From an uncultured delta proteobacterium (GTDB taxonomy: Bacteria; Myxococcota; Myxococcia; Myxococcales; Myxococcaceae): a DNA stretch of 64,000 nucleotides. The notes under the pieces are model-generated. The model was not told the origin of the DNA and made no database searches. It worked only from the letters and a program-made list of their open reading frames with translations. The stretch's first letter is position 1, and every line of letters starts with the position of its first letter. The stretch covers positions 2,336,001 to 2,400,000 of the forward strand of contig CAWCKH010000004.1 of assembly GCA_963796055.1 (NCBI GenBank), written 5' to 3'. Positions 1 to 9,180 of the stretch are shown in pieces. A program made the translations under genes and the position numbers.

Positions 1-1
1 C

Positions 2-403
2 ATCGCCCGCGCGGTGCGCTGGGCGGGCTGGGTGGCCTTCGTCGTCCTGGTGGGCGCCACCCTGATCATCGTCTCCGCCACCCTCCAGCTCGCCATCTAC
101 GCCCGGCGCGAGGAGGTGGAGATCCAGAAGCTGGTGGGCGCGACCGACCGCTTCGTCCAGGCGCCGTTCCTGCTGGAGGGGGCGCTCCAGGGGCTCGCCG
201 GGGCGGCACTGGCCATCGCCGCGCTGGTCGCCTTCCGGCAGACGCTGTCGCCCCAGCTCGCCACGCTCCTCTCCTTCCTCCGGCTCCCTGGCGTCGCCGC
301 CGACGCGCGGCCGTGGATGGAGGTCCTGGAGCTGGGGCTCGCCGGGGCGGCGCTGGGCCTGTCCGGGAGCTACCTCGCCGTGCACCGGTTCCTCCGCGCA
401 TGA
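2..403 (+). CDS. ftsX: Cell-division permease FtsX, C-terminal part (5' end outside window)
   Basis: RREEVEIQKLVGAT..F...PFLLEG motif with TM helices; ATGA overlap with envC. Confidence 0.9.
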   Translation: MARAVRWAGWVAFVVLVGATLIIVSATLQLAIYARREEVEIQKLVGATDRFVQAPFLLEGALQGLAGAALAIAALVAFRQTLSPQLATLLSFLRLPGVAADARPWMEVLELGLAGAALGLSGSYLAVHRFLRA

Positions 404-1509
404 GAGCCACGGCCGCGGTCCTGGCCTCGCTGCTCCTCGGGACCACCGCGGCCGCGGCCGAGGCCGAGTCCGACCCGCTGGAGGCCCAGCGTGCGCTGGT
501 GCAGGCGCTCCGGGCGCAGTCGGGGAACGCCGAGGCCGCGTTCGGCGTGTACGCCGGGCTGGCGCGGGTGTCGGCGGCGCGGGCGGCGGCGCTCTCCGCC
601 CAGATGCGGGTGCTCGGTAGTCGCCTCGCAGCCGCCGAGGCCGAGGAGGCGCTCGCCCGCGCGGTGCTCGAATCGCGCATGGAGCGGCTCCGGCCGCGGC
701 TTCTGTCCCTGTACCGCATCACCCAGCGCAGCCCGCTGGAGGTGCTGCTGCCCGCCGAGGACGTGGCCACCTTCGCCTGGCGGGCGCGGGCCCTCTCCTC
801 GCTGGTCCGGAGCGACCTCGCCGCACTCGACGAGATGCGCTCGGTGGCGCTCTTCCAGCGCTCGCGGCTCGAGCAGCTCGACGCCTGGAAGCGGCAGATG
901 GGCAGCCGGCTCGCCGAGCTGCGCGCGGAGGCCGAGGAGGCGGCCGTGCAGCAGACCGAGCTCGGCGAGGCGCTGCAGCTGCTCCAGGCCAAGGCGCGTG
1001 CCGCGGGCTCGGTGCTGGCCGAGCTCGGCCGTTCGCGGGCCCAGCTCCAGGCGGTGGCGGCGGTGCTCGAGGAGCCGGAGCCCACCGGGTTCGGCGCGCT
1101 CCGCGGGAAGCTGCCGCTGCCCGTGCCAGGGCACGTGGAGGTGGCGTTCGGCCGGCTGGTCCACCCCAGGTTCAACACCGTGACGGTGCAGAAGGGGCTC
1201 GACATCCGCGCGGCGCCGGGTGCCCCGGTGCGTGCGCTCGCCCCCGCAACGGTGGCCTGGACCGGCTGGCTGGGCGGCTACGGCAATCTCCTGGTGCTCG
1301 ACCAGGGCGACGGGTACCACACCATCTACGCCCACCTGGCCGAGGTGCTCCGCCCGCTGGGGGCACGCGTCTTCCCCGGCGAGGTGGTGGGGACGGTCGG
1401 GGACACCGGCTCGCTGAAGGGGGCGTACCTGTACTTCGAGGTTCGCCGGCGCGGACTGGCGGTGGACCCGCTGCCCTGGGTCGGGGCGGCGATGGCCCGG
1501 GCCCCGTGA
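400..1509 (+). CDS. envC: Murein hydrolase activator EnvC (coiled coil + M23/LytM domain)
   Basis: Signal peptide, long coiled coil, C-terminal GLDI...GYGNLLVLD...YAHL...LYFEVR; follows ftsX. Confidence 0.85.
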   Translation: MRATAAVLASLLLGTTAAAAEAESDPLEAQRALVQALRAQSGNAEAAFGVYAGLARVSAARAAALSAQMRVLGSRLAAAEAEEALARAVLESRMERLRPRLLSLYRITQRSPLEVLLPAEDVATFAWRARALSSLVRSDLAALDEMRSVALFQRSRLEQLDAWKRQMGSRLAELRAEAEEAAVQQTELGEALQLLQAKARAAGSVLAELGRSRAQLQAVAAVLEEPEPTGFGALRGKLPLPVPGHVEVAFGRLVHPRFNTVTVQKGLDIRAAPGAPVRALAPATVAWTGWLGGYGNLLVLDQGDGYHTIYAHLAEVLRPLGARVFPGEVVGTVGDTGSLKGAYLYFEVRRRGLAVDPLPWVGAAMARAP

Positions 1510-1518
1510 GCGCCGCGC

Positions 1519-1547
1519 TTGACGCACCGCGGCACGGTGCTTAGGTT
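1519..1547 (+). promoter_or_regulatory. Sigma70-type promoter (TTGACG-17-TAGGTT), probably leaderless
   Basis: -35 at 1519-1524, -10 at 1542-1547; GTG start at 1554 sits at the expected +1; inverted repeat GCACCG-N5-CGGTGC in the spacer. Confidence 0.55.
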
Positions 1548-1553
1548 CCGGTC

Positions 1554-2459
1554 GTGGACCTCCTCGCGACCGTGCAGGGGTACGTGCGGAGGCGGCTCAT
1601 GGCCGCCGGCGTCGCCTCGGACCTGCACCCCGTGGCCGGCCACTCGGTGCACGCTTACCGGGTTCCGGGGAGGGGCGAGGGGCCGCCGGTGCTGCTGGTG
1701 CATGGACTGGGCGGAAGCGCGAACGGGTGGGTCCGCGTGCTCCGTCCGCTCGCCCGCGACTTTTCCGCCGTCTACGCGCTGGACCTTCCGGGGAACGGCT
1801 TCTCGCCGCTGCCTGCCTCGGGGCCGCTCACCCTCGAGGAGCAGCTCGGCGTGCTGCACGCCTTCTGCCAGGAGGTGGTGAAGGCGCCGGCGTTCGTGGT
1901 CGGGAACTCCCTGGGCGGGGCGCTGTCGCTCATCCTCGCCGCGGTGCACCCCGAGGACGTCGCCGCCCTGGGTCTGGTCTCGCCAGCCGGGGGCCAGATG
2001 ACCCCCGAGTCCATGGCCGAGCTGATGCGCGCGCTCGACGTCCGCACCACCGCCGATGCGGTCCGGCTCACCCGGCGCCTCTTCCACCGCGCACCGCTGG
2101 TGGCGATCCTCTTCGCCCCGGAGCTGAAGAAGATGCACGCCACGCCTGCGGTGCGCGCGCTGCGCACCCACGCCCAGGAGCGTCACCACATCCCGCCGGA
2201 GCTCCTCCTCGGCCTGCGGGCGCCCACGCTGCTGCTCTGGGGGGCGAGCGAGAAGTTGCTCCCCCGCGAGCAGCTCGACTGGTACCGCGCTCACCTGCCA
2301 TCCGGGGCGCGCATCGAGGTGGTGCCGGGCTTCGGCCACGTGCCGCAGATGGAGCGGCCGCGCGAGCTGGTGCAGCGGCTCCGGGGCTTCGCCGAGGAGG
2401 TCGGGCTGGTGGCGGTCAGCACGCCGCGCCCGGGGGACGCCCGAGGGACGGCGCAGTAG
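1554..2459 (+). CDS. Alpha/beta-fold hydrolase
   Basis: VHGLGG oxyanion motif, GNSLGG nucleophile elbow, GHVPQME catalytic His. Confidence 0.9.
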   Translation: MDLLATVQGYVRRRLMAAGVASDLHPVAGHSVHAYRVPGRGEGPPVLLVHGLGGSANGWVRVLRPLARDFSAVYALDLPGNGFSPLPASGPLTLEEQLGVLHAFCQEVVKAPAFVVGNSLGGALSLILAAVHPEDVAALGLVSPAGGQMTPESMAELMRALDVRTTADAVRLTRRLFHRAPLVAILFAPELKKMHATPAVRALRTHAQERHHIPPELLLGLRAPTLLLWGASEKLLPREQLDWYRAHLPSGARIEVVPGFGHVPQMERPRELVQRLRGFAEEVGLVAVSTPRPGDARGTAQ

Positions 2460-2483
2460 CCCGAGCCTCGGCGGCTCGGCCCT

Positions 2484-3002
2484 TCAGTGCGCGGGCCGGA
2501 GGGTCTGCCCCGTGGTGAGGAAGTGGTTGAGCGCCTGCTCCCATTCGCGCATCGCGCGGAGGTAGGCCTCGGGCGTCTTGCTCCGCACCAGGGCCACGCC
2601 GGGACTGCCGAGCGCGGTCCAGGTGTAGCGGACGGTGGCGATGCTCCGGGCCTTTCCGTCCGGACGGAGCTGGATGTCGATCTCGGTCACGTCCGAGCCG
2701 GGGGTGACGTGGACGTAGTGGACGTGCCCCGCGGCAGGCTCCCAGGTGTCGAGGAGCCAGACCGTCTCTGGGTGCCCGGGGTGCCGGACGACGAACAGCG
2801 TCCCCGCACCGCCCCCCGGCGGCTCCCAGCGCATCTCGGGCTCCCAGCCGTGCGCCCAGGCGCGCTCGCCCAGCGGCGTGAGCAGGGGCAGCACCCGGTC
2901 CGGCGCCGCCTCGAGGTGCTGCTCGTAGACATGGCTCACCCGCTCCGGCAGGCCCGGGGGAGCGGCGGCGAGCGCCACGGAGACGAGGGGAACGAGGCTC
3001 AT
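2484..3002 (-). CDS. Hypothetical protein, SRPBCC/START-like fold
   Basis: GC3-rich ORF; LL.P..ER.W..GW pattern and C-terminal helix (WEQALNHFL); overlaps MarR stop. Confidence 0.55.
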   Translation of the reverse strand: MSLVPLVSVALAAAPPGLPERVSHVYEQHLEAAPDRVLPLLTPLGERAWAHGWEPEMRWEPPGGGAGTLFVVRHPGHPETVWLLDTWEPAAGHVHYVHVTPGSDVTEIDIQLRPDGKARSIATVRYTWTALGSPGVALVRSKTPEAYLRAMREWEQALNHFLTTGQTLRPAH

Positions 3003-3454
3003 GGGGACTTCCTCCTGGACTGTGGCGCGTCGTCGCCGTCGATGGTCTCGGACAGGGCGTGGAGCACGGCCTGGAAACCTCGCAGGTCGCGCTCGGTGAG
3101 GCGGGCCAGCGCACGCTCCTCCAGCCCGGCGAGGTGCTGGTGCACCCGGGCCGCGGCGCGCACCCCGTTCCGGGTGAGCCGCACGGTGAAGGAGCGGCGG
3201 TCCTCGGGGCGCACGTCCCGGGTCACGTCGCCCCGGGCCTCCAGCCGATCGAGGTAGCTGGTGAGGGTGGAGCGCTTGTGGGCGAACGCCCGGTGGAGCT
3301 CCGCCACCGAGGACGGGCCGGCCTCGGCGAGGTGGGCGAGGAGGTGCGCCTCGCCCTGGGAGAGGCCGAGCGGTGGGTCCGCGGCGTCGAGGTACAGGCC
3401 GATGCGGTGGGTGGTGCGGTGGACGAAGGGAATCAGCTGGAGGCGCCCTCTCAT
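2999..3454 (-). CDS. MarR-family transcriptional regulator
   Basis: STLTSYLDRLE..G.V.R...PEDRRS..V.LT..G winged-helix signature; ATG at 3454. Confidence 0.9.
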   Translation of the reverse strand: MRGRLQLIPFVHRTTHRIGLYLDAADPPLGLSQGEAHLLAHLAEAGPSSVAELHRAFAHKRSTLTSYLDRLEARGDVTRDVRPEDRRSFTVRLTRNGVRAAARVHQHLAGLEERALARLTERDLRGFQAVLHALSETIDGDDAPQSRRKSP

Positions 3455-3465
3455 GACGGATTCGG

Positions 3466-3481
3466 ATAGTACGAACTCGTA
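3466..3481. promoter_or_regulatory. Putative MarR operator overlapping a -10 box
   Basis: AT-rich inverted repeat TACGA-AC-TCGTA (3470-3481) overlapping minus-strand TACTAT (3471-3466) just upstream of marR. Confidence 0.5.
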
Positions 3482-3551
3482 ATTAGTGCAAGCGCGCCAG
3501 GCGAGATTCGCCTCGGCGGGCCGGGCCGGGATACGCTCGCCGGACGCACCC

Positions 3552-4832
3552 GTGACCGTTCTCTCCCCGCTCCTCCTCCTCGCCACCCTGGCCGCTGCCC
3601 CCGCCCCGGCGCCTCCGCCGGAGGACGCCACCTACCGGCAGCTGGAGCTCTTCGCCCGGGTGCTCTCGTACGTGCAGAACAACTACGTGGAGAAGGTGGA
3701 CGAGCGGCAGCTGGTCTACGGCGCGATCCGCGGGATGCTGGAGACCCTCGACCCGCACACCGTCTTCATGCCGCCCGAGATCTTCAAGGAGATGAAGATC
3801 GACACCTCGGGCGAGTTCGGTGGCCTGGGGATGGACGTCGTGAAGCGCGGCGACGCCCTGGTGGTGGTCTCACCCCTGGACGACACCCCGGCGGCGCGGG
3901 CCGGCATCCAGCCCGGAGACGAGATCCTGGCCATCGACGGAGAGAGCACCCAGGGGATGGACGTGGCCCGGGCGACCGCCAGGATGCGCGGGCCCGCCGG
4001 GCAGCGGGTGACGCTGACCCTGATGCGTGCCGGCTTCCAGCAACCGCAGGACATCGTCCTGCTCCGCGACCACGTCCGCATCGTCTCGGTGCAGGGAGCG
4101 CTCTACGGCGGCATCGGCTGGGTGCGGCTGAAGAACTTCCAGGAGCGCACCGACGCCAGCCTCAAGCGGGAGCTGGACCGGCTCCGCACCGAGAACGGCG
4201 GCCGGGAGCTGTCGGGCGTGGTGCTCGACCTGCGCAACAACCCCGGTGGGCTGCTCGACCAGGCGGTCGCGGTGAGCGATCGGTTCCTCCCGGGTCGGCT
4301 CACCATCGTGACCACCCGGGGGCGCGCCGGCCGGAGCCTCACCGAGGAGAAGAGCCGAGACCCCGGCACCGAGCCCGACTACCCGATGGTGGTCCTGGTC
4401 AACGCCGGGAGCGCCTCGGCCTCGGAGGTGGTGGCCGGTGCGCTGCAGGACCACGGCCGGGCCACGGTGCTCGGAACCCAGACCTTCGGGAAGGGCTCGG
4501 TGCAGACCGTCATCGAGCTCGAGGATGGCAGTGGCCTCAAGCTCACCATCGCCCGCTACTACACGCCGAAGGGACGGAGCATCCAGGAGCGGGGGATCGA
4601 GCCCGACTTTCTGGTCCCGGCCGAGGCCACCGCCCGCGAGCTCCGGGAGAAGGACCTTCGCCGGCATTTCCGGAACCCCGACGCCGGCACCGCCGAGACC
4701 GCGCGCCGGCTCCCGCCTCAGCCGGCCTGGGAGGTGAGCCAGAAGACCAGCGATCCGCAGCTCCGCGCGGCGCTGGAGTTCCTCCACGCCCGGGCTCGTG
4801 CGCCTGGGCAGAAGGCCGCCGCCACTCGCTGA
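3552..4832 (+). CDS. ctpA: S41 C-terminal processing protease (PDZ + peptidase)
   Basis: LDPHT, GEFGGLG, DLRNNPGGLL, ASASE, TFGKGSVQ motifs; start at GTG 3552 inferred. Confidence 0.93.
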   Translation: MTVLSPLLLLATLAAAPAPAPPPEDATYRQLELFARVLSYVQNNYVEKVDERQLVYGAIRGMLETLDPHTVFMPPEIFKEMKIDTSGEFGGLGMDVVKRGDALVVVSPLDDTPAARAGIQPGDEILAIDGESTQGMDVARATARMRGPAGQRVTLTLMRAGFQQPQDIVLLRDHVRIVSVQGALYGGIGWVRLKNFQERTDASLKRELDRLRTENGGRELSGVVLDLRNNPGGLLDQAVAVSDRFLPGRLTIVTTRGRAGRSLTEEKSRDPGTEPDYPMVVLVNAGSASASEVVAGALQDHGRATVLGTQTFGKGSVQTVIELEDGSGLKLTIARYYTPKGRSIQERGIEPDFLVPAEATARELREKDLRRHFRNPDAGTAETARRLPPQPAWEVSQKTSDPQLRAALEFLHARARAPGQKAAATR

Positions 4833-4883
4833 TGTAACGCCCCGGGCCCACGGCGTACGTCGAGGCGGAGGGACCGCACTCAC

Positions 4884-5612
4884 ATGGGCATCACCAACAC
4901 CGAATCCGGCACGCGCGTCGACGAGATCGCCGACGGCATCTACCGCATCAGCACTCCCACCAGCCTCATCCCCGGTGGCTTCACCTTCAACCAGTTCCTC
5001 GTCGAGGACGAGGCGCCGCTCCTCTTCCACACCGGGCTGCGGGGGATGTTCCCGCTCGTCCGCGAGGCGGTGGGCCACGTCCTCGGTGACGCCGGCCGGC
5101 TCCGGTACGTGTCGTTCTCCCACTGGGAGGCCGACGAGTCCGGGGCGCTCAACGCCTGGCTCGAGGTGGCGCCCCGGGCCGAGCCGGTGTGCAGCGTGAC
5201 CGCGGCCCTGGTCTCGGTGAACGACCAGGCCGCTCGTCCACCCCGCGCGCTGGCGGACGGCGAGGAGCTCTCGCTGGGGCGGCGGTCCGTGCGGTGGATC
5301 GACACCCCGCACCTCCCGCACGGGTGGGAGAGCGGCCTCCTCTTCGAGGCCGGCAGCCGGACGCTCCTCTGCGGTGACCTGTTCACGGCGGGCGGCGCCG
5401 ACGTGCCGCCGCTCAGCTCCACCGACGTCATCGGGCCGGCGATGGCGATGCACGAGACCACCCCGTACCTGGTCCGGGGCCCCCACGTGCGCCCGCTGCT
5501 GGAGAAGCTCGCCCGGCTCGAGCCAGGAGTCCTGGGCCTCATGCACGGAAGCTCCTTCCAGGGGGACGGCGGGCGGGCGCTGGTTGCCCTGGCCGATGCT
5601 CTCGGCGTCTGA
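4884..5612 (+). CDS. Metallo-beta-lactamase-fold protein (flavodiiron/ODP-like stand-alone domain)
   Basis: FNQFLV, SHWEADESG, TPHLPHGWE, LLCGDLF, MHG. Confidence 0.8.
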   Translation: MGITNTESGTRVDEIADGIYRISTPTSLIPGGFTFNQFLVEDEAPLLFHTGLRGMFPLVREAVGHVLGDAGRLRYVSFSHWEADESGALNAWLEVAPRAEPVCSVTAALVSVNDQAARPPRALADGEELSLGRRSVRWIDTPHLPHGWESGLLFEAGSRTLLCGDLFTAGGADVPPLSSTDVIGPAMAMHETTPYLVRGPHVRPLLEKLARLEPGVLGLMHGSSFQGDGGRALVALADALGV

Positions 5613-5649
5613 CACGGTCGTCCCCTCGCGGTGGTACCGTCTCGGGTCG

Positions 5650-6207
5650 ATGATGGGCGAGGCGACCGACAGCGCGCTTCTCGCGGCAATCGCCGCTGGA
5701 GGCGCGGGCCGCCGCGAGGCCGAGCGCGCGCTCTGCCGCCGGTACGCGCCGCGGATCCGGCTCTACGGACTCCGTCATCTCCGGGACGAGGACCGGGGCC
5801 GCGACCTGGTGCAGACCGTGCTCCTCGGCGTGCTCGAGGCCTCGCGGGAAGGACGGGTGCGCGAGCCCGAGCAGCTGGTCCGCTTCGTCCTCGGAACCTG
5901 CCGAAACGCGGTCCTGCGCCTGCGGGAGCTGGAGGGACGGGCGCAGCCGGCGACCGACGAGGTGCTGGTCGCTGCCGCCGGCGGCGAGGCGCCGCGCGAC
6001 CCCATGAACGCGGCGGTGCTGCTCCGGTGCCTCGGATCGCTCGGGGACCGTGCGCGCAGGGTGCTCGAGCTCTCGTTTCACGAGGAGCTGGAGAGCGCGG
6101 AGGTCGCCAGCCGGCTCGCGCTCTCCCGTGGCAACGTGCGCGTCATCCGTCATCGCGCCCTGGCCGCGCTCCGCGCCTGCCTCGACGCTCCCAGGGGGGC
6201 CGCATGA
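5650..6207 (+). CDS. ECF RNA polymerase sigma factor
   Basis: Region 2 (DLVQTV) and region 4 (EVASRLALSRGNVRVIRHRAL). Confidence 0.85.
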   Translation: MMGEATDSALLAAIAAGGAGRREAERALCRRYAPRIRLYGLRHLRDEDRGRDLVQTVLLGVLEASREGRVREPEQLVRFVLGTCRNAVLRLRELEGRAQPATDEVLVAAAGGEAPRDPMNAAVLLRCLGSLGDRARRVLELSFHEELESAEVASRLALSRGNVRVIRHRALAALRACLDAPRGAA

Positions 6208-6734
6208 GCTGCGCCATGCCACTCTCCTGGGAGACCCTCGTGGACTGGTGGGCCGCCGACCTCGACGAGGCGGCGACATCGTCCGTGGAGGAGCATCTGC
6301 TCGGGTGCGACGTCTGCTCCGCCGTCGCGCGGCGGGTGGCGGCGACCGCGGAAGCGCTCCGCACCATGGTGCCGCCCGTCGTCCGCCCGGAGCGGCTGGC
6401 GGAGATGTTCAGACGTGGGGTCCGCATCCTGGAAAACCCCATCGCTCCCGGCCAGACCTGCGACTTTCACTTTCCGAAGAACGCCGACCTCGCCGTGCAC
6501 GTGCTCGGAGGCCTCGCGCTCGAGCCGGGTGCCTCGGTGGAGGTCACGCTTCGCTCCCTCGCCAGCGGGGCGGTGCTCGGGCACGTGGAGGACGCGCCGT
6601 TCGACGCGCAGCGTGGGGCGGTCTACCTCGCCTGTCAGCGCGACTACGCGCAGCTCGACCCCGACCTGGTGGCGGAGGTCCGGGTGGGCAAGGACCGGCC
6701 CGCGGCCCGGTACACCATCCTCCACCACTGGTGA
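6204..6734 (+). CDS. Zinc-binding (ZAS/zf-HC2) anti-sigma factor, soluble
   Basis: EEHLLGCDVC (HxxxCxxC); ATGA overlap with the ECF gene; no TM helix evident. Confidence 0.75.
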   Translation: MSCAMPLSWETLVDWWAADLDEAATSSVEEHLLGCDVCSAVARRVAATAEALRTMVPPVVRPERLAEMFRRGVRILENPIAPGQTCDFHFPKNADLAVHVLGGLALEPGASVEVTLRSLASGAVLGHVEDAPFDAQRGAVYLACQRDYAQLDPDLVAEVRVGKDRPAARYTILHHW

Positions 6735-6783
6735 GCCCCGGGGCGCCTCGTCCAGCCGATGCGGTCGCAAGTTCCTGCGGTTA

Positions 6784-6864
6784 CTGACACGGCGTGTCAG
6801 GCGCCACCGAGGTGTTTGTAAGTGGTCGGAATCGTTTGACACCTCTGTGACAGATTCTTAATCT
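6784..6864 (+). promoter_or_regulatory. Sigma70 promoter with operator repeats upstream of GT2 gene
   Basis: TTGACA(6836-6841)-17-TAATCT(6859-6864); perfect inverted repeat CTGACAC-GGC-GTGTCAG (6784-6800); TGACA direct repeat at 11-bp spacing. Confidence 0.65.
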
Positions 6865-6918
6865 GCCGCGCCCCCGGAACCGGACGCTCGGGCGTGGGGA
6901 CGAGGGCCAGCGCCAGAG

Positions 6919-8436
6919 ATGACCAGCGTCGAGATCGTGTTCCTGGGCGTGTACTTCGCCGTCCTGTGCGTCCTTGCCGTCTACGGGTCGCACCGCTACC
7001 GGATGGCGTTCCTGTACTACCGGCACAAGTTCAAGATTCCAACCCCCAGCGGCACGCTCACGCAGCTGCCGCGGGTCACCATCCAGCTCCCGGTGTTCAA
7101 CGAGATGTACGTGGTGGAGCGCCTCATCGAGGCGGTCTGCCGCATCGAGTACCCGTGCGAGCTCCTGGAAATCCAGGTCCTGGACGACTCCACCGACGAG
7201 ACCTGCGCCATCGCCCGCGCCGTGGTCGAGCGCCGCCGCCGGGCCGGCCAGGACATCACCTACATTCACCGGACCAACCGCCAGGGCTTCAAGGCAGGTG
7301 CCCTGGAGAACGGGCTGCGCACCGCGAAGGGCGAGTACGTCGCGGTGTTCGACGCGGACTTCGTGCCCGCGCCGGACTTCCTCCAGCGCACCGTGCCGTT
7401 CTTCGCCGATCCGAAGGTGGGCATGGTCCAGGTCCGCTGGGGCCACCTGAACCGCGAGTTCTCCATCCTCACCCAGGCCCAGAGCATCTTCCTCGACGGC
7501 CACTTCATCATCGAGCACACGGCGCGGAACCGCTCGGGCTGCTTCTTCAACTTCAATGGCACGGCCGGCATCTGGCGGCGCACGGTCATCGCCGATGCGG
7601 GCGGCTGGCAGCACGACACGCTCACCGAGGACCTTGACCTCAGCTATCGCGCGCAGCTGAAGGGCTGGCAGTTCGTCTTCCTCCCCGAGGTGGTGTCCCC
7701 GGCCGAAGTTCCGGTGGACATGAACGCCTTCAAGAGCCAGCAACACCGCTGGGCCAAGGGTTCGATCCAGACCGCGCGCAAGCTGCTTCCCACCATCCTC
7801 CGCTCGAACCAGCCGTTCGCGGTGAAGCGCGAGGCGTTCTTCCATCTCACCAACAACATCGCCTATCTCTTGATGGTGCTGCTGTCGGTGCTGATGCCGC
7901 TGTCGATGGTGGTGCGCTTCAACCACGGCCTGTACTCGACGCTGTTCCTCGACCTGCCGTTCTGCCTGGCGGCCACCGCGTCGGTCTGCTTCTTCTACGT
8001 GGCGACCCAGACGGAGCTCGGGCTCACCGGCTGGCGACGGGTGAAGTACCTGCCGTTCATCATGTCGCTCGGCATCGGGCTGGCGATCAACAACGCCGAG
8101 GCGGTCATCGAGGCGCTGCTCAACCAACAGAGCGCGTTCGCCCGGACGCCGAAGACCGGCAGCGAGGGCAAGAGCATCCGGTCCTCGGTGAAGCGGAGCT
8201 ATCTCGGCGCCCGGACGATGATGCCGCTGATCGAGCTGGCGTTCGGCCTGTACTTCTCCGGCGCGCTCTGGTTCGCGATCGACGCCGGGATCTGGACCTC
8301 GGTGCCGTTCCTGGTGCTGTTCCAGGTGGGGTTCCTCTACGTGGGGACGATGAGCCTGTTCCAGGGCCGGTCCATCGACCGGCGCGCGCTGGCCACCGCC
8401 GTCGCACCCGCGCCGTCCGCCCAGCGCGTGGCCTGA
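6919..8436 (+). CDS. Processive GT2 glycosyltransferase (cellulose-synthase-like/CslA-like)
   Basis: QLPVFNE, LDDSTD, GFKAGAL, FDADF, TEDLD, QQHRW (QxxRW) and C-terminal TMs. Confidence 0.93.
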   Translation: MTSVEIVFLGVYFAVLCVLAVYGSHRYRMAFLYYRHKFKIPTPSGTLTQLPRVTIQLPVFNEMYVVERLIEAVCRIEYPCELLEIQVLDDSTDETCAIARAVVERRRRAGQDITYIHRTNRQGFKAGALENGLRTAKGEYVAVFDADFVPAPDFLQRTVPFFADPKVGMVQVRWGHLNREFSILTQAQSIFLDGHFIIEHTARNRSGCFFNFNGTAGIWRRTVIADAGGWQHDTLTEDLDLSYRAQLKGWQFVFLPEVVSPAEVPVDMNAFKSQQHRWAKGSIQTARKLLPTILRSNQPFAVKREAFFHLTNNIAYLLMVLLSVLMPLSMVVRFNHGLYSTLFLDLPFCLAATASVCFFYVATQTELGLTGWRRVKYLPFIMSLGIGLAINNAEAVIEALLNQQSAFARTPKTGSEGKSIRSSVKRSYLGARTMMPLIELAFGLYFSGALWFAIDAGIWTSVPFLVLFQVGFLYVGTMSLFQGRSIDRRALATAVAPAPSAQRVA

Positions 8437-8676
8437 GCGCGCGGGCGCGCCTCCGTTCAGGCCAATGCGGGCCACGGGTCGCTGGACGCCGTTCGTCCGC
8501 GGCCGGGCCGGATGCGAATCGAGAAGCGGCCCGTGCATGGCAGCGAGCACGGGTCCCCGGCCGACACGGGCGAATTTGCGCTGCCCCCACTGGCCCGGCC
8601 GACCGGTGCGACCTGAAGGCTGACGACGACGCGTCTGCCATCGTCACATCCTCCGCGGGACATTCGCGGCTCTCGC

Positions 8677-9180
8677 TCACGTCCCTCCGTCGATGGGCGC
8701 TCGGATCAAGAGGTAGCTCCGTGTCTCGGGCGGGGAGGCGTCCACCGCCGTGCACTGGTCGTCGACCCGCATCCGCTCCACGGTGCGAAGGAGGAGCCCG
8801 CCGTCGGGGCAGCCGGTGAGCTCCACGGGCAGGCTTGCCTCGCAGCCCGGGCCCGAGGCGCCCATCCGCGGGGCCCGCGTCTCGCCGCTGAGGCCGCTCG
8901 GCGTGCGCCGGAGCACCACCCGGGCGCTGCTCCTCCGCTCGGGCGTGCCGCCGTCCGCCCAGTGGCGCTCGACGTCGAGCACCACCGTGCCTCCGTCGTC
9001 GGTCGCGCGGTAGCCCCAGCTCCGGTCGGAGGCCAGGACCCACCGTCCGGAGAAGTCGTCCCCGCAGCCCTCGGGGAGCATGCGGGCAGCCGGCGTCGCG
9101 GGTGGGGGCGGCGGAGGGGCTGCGCAGGCGGCGAGCAGGGCCAGTCCGCTTCCGGCGAAGATGACGACGGGCCGCCGCAT
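8677..9180 (-). CDS. Hypothetical lipoprotein
   Basis: MRRPVVIFAGSGLALLAAC lipobox; ATG overlaps ftsY stop. Confidence 0.65.
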   Translation of the reverse strand: MRRPVVIFAGSGLALLAACAAPPPPPPATPAARMLPEGCGDDFSGRWVLASDRSWGYRATDDGGTVVLDVERHWADGGTPERRSSARVVLRRTPSGLSGETRAPRMGASGPGCEASLPVELTGCPDGGLLLRTVERMRVDDQCTAVDASPPETRSYLLIRAPIDGGT

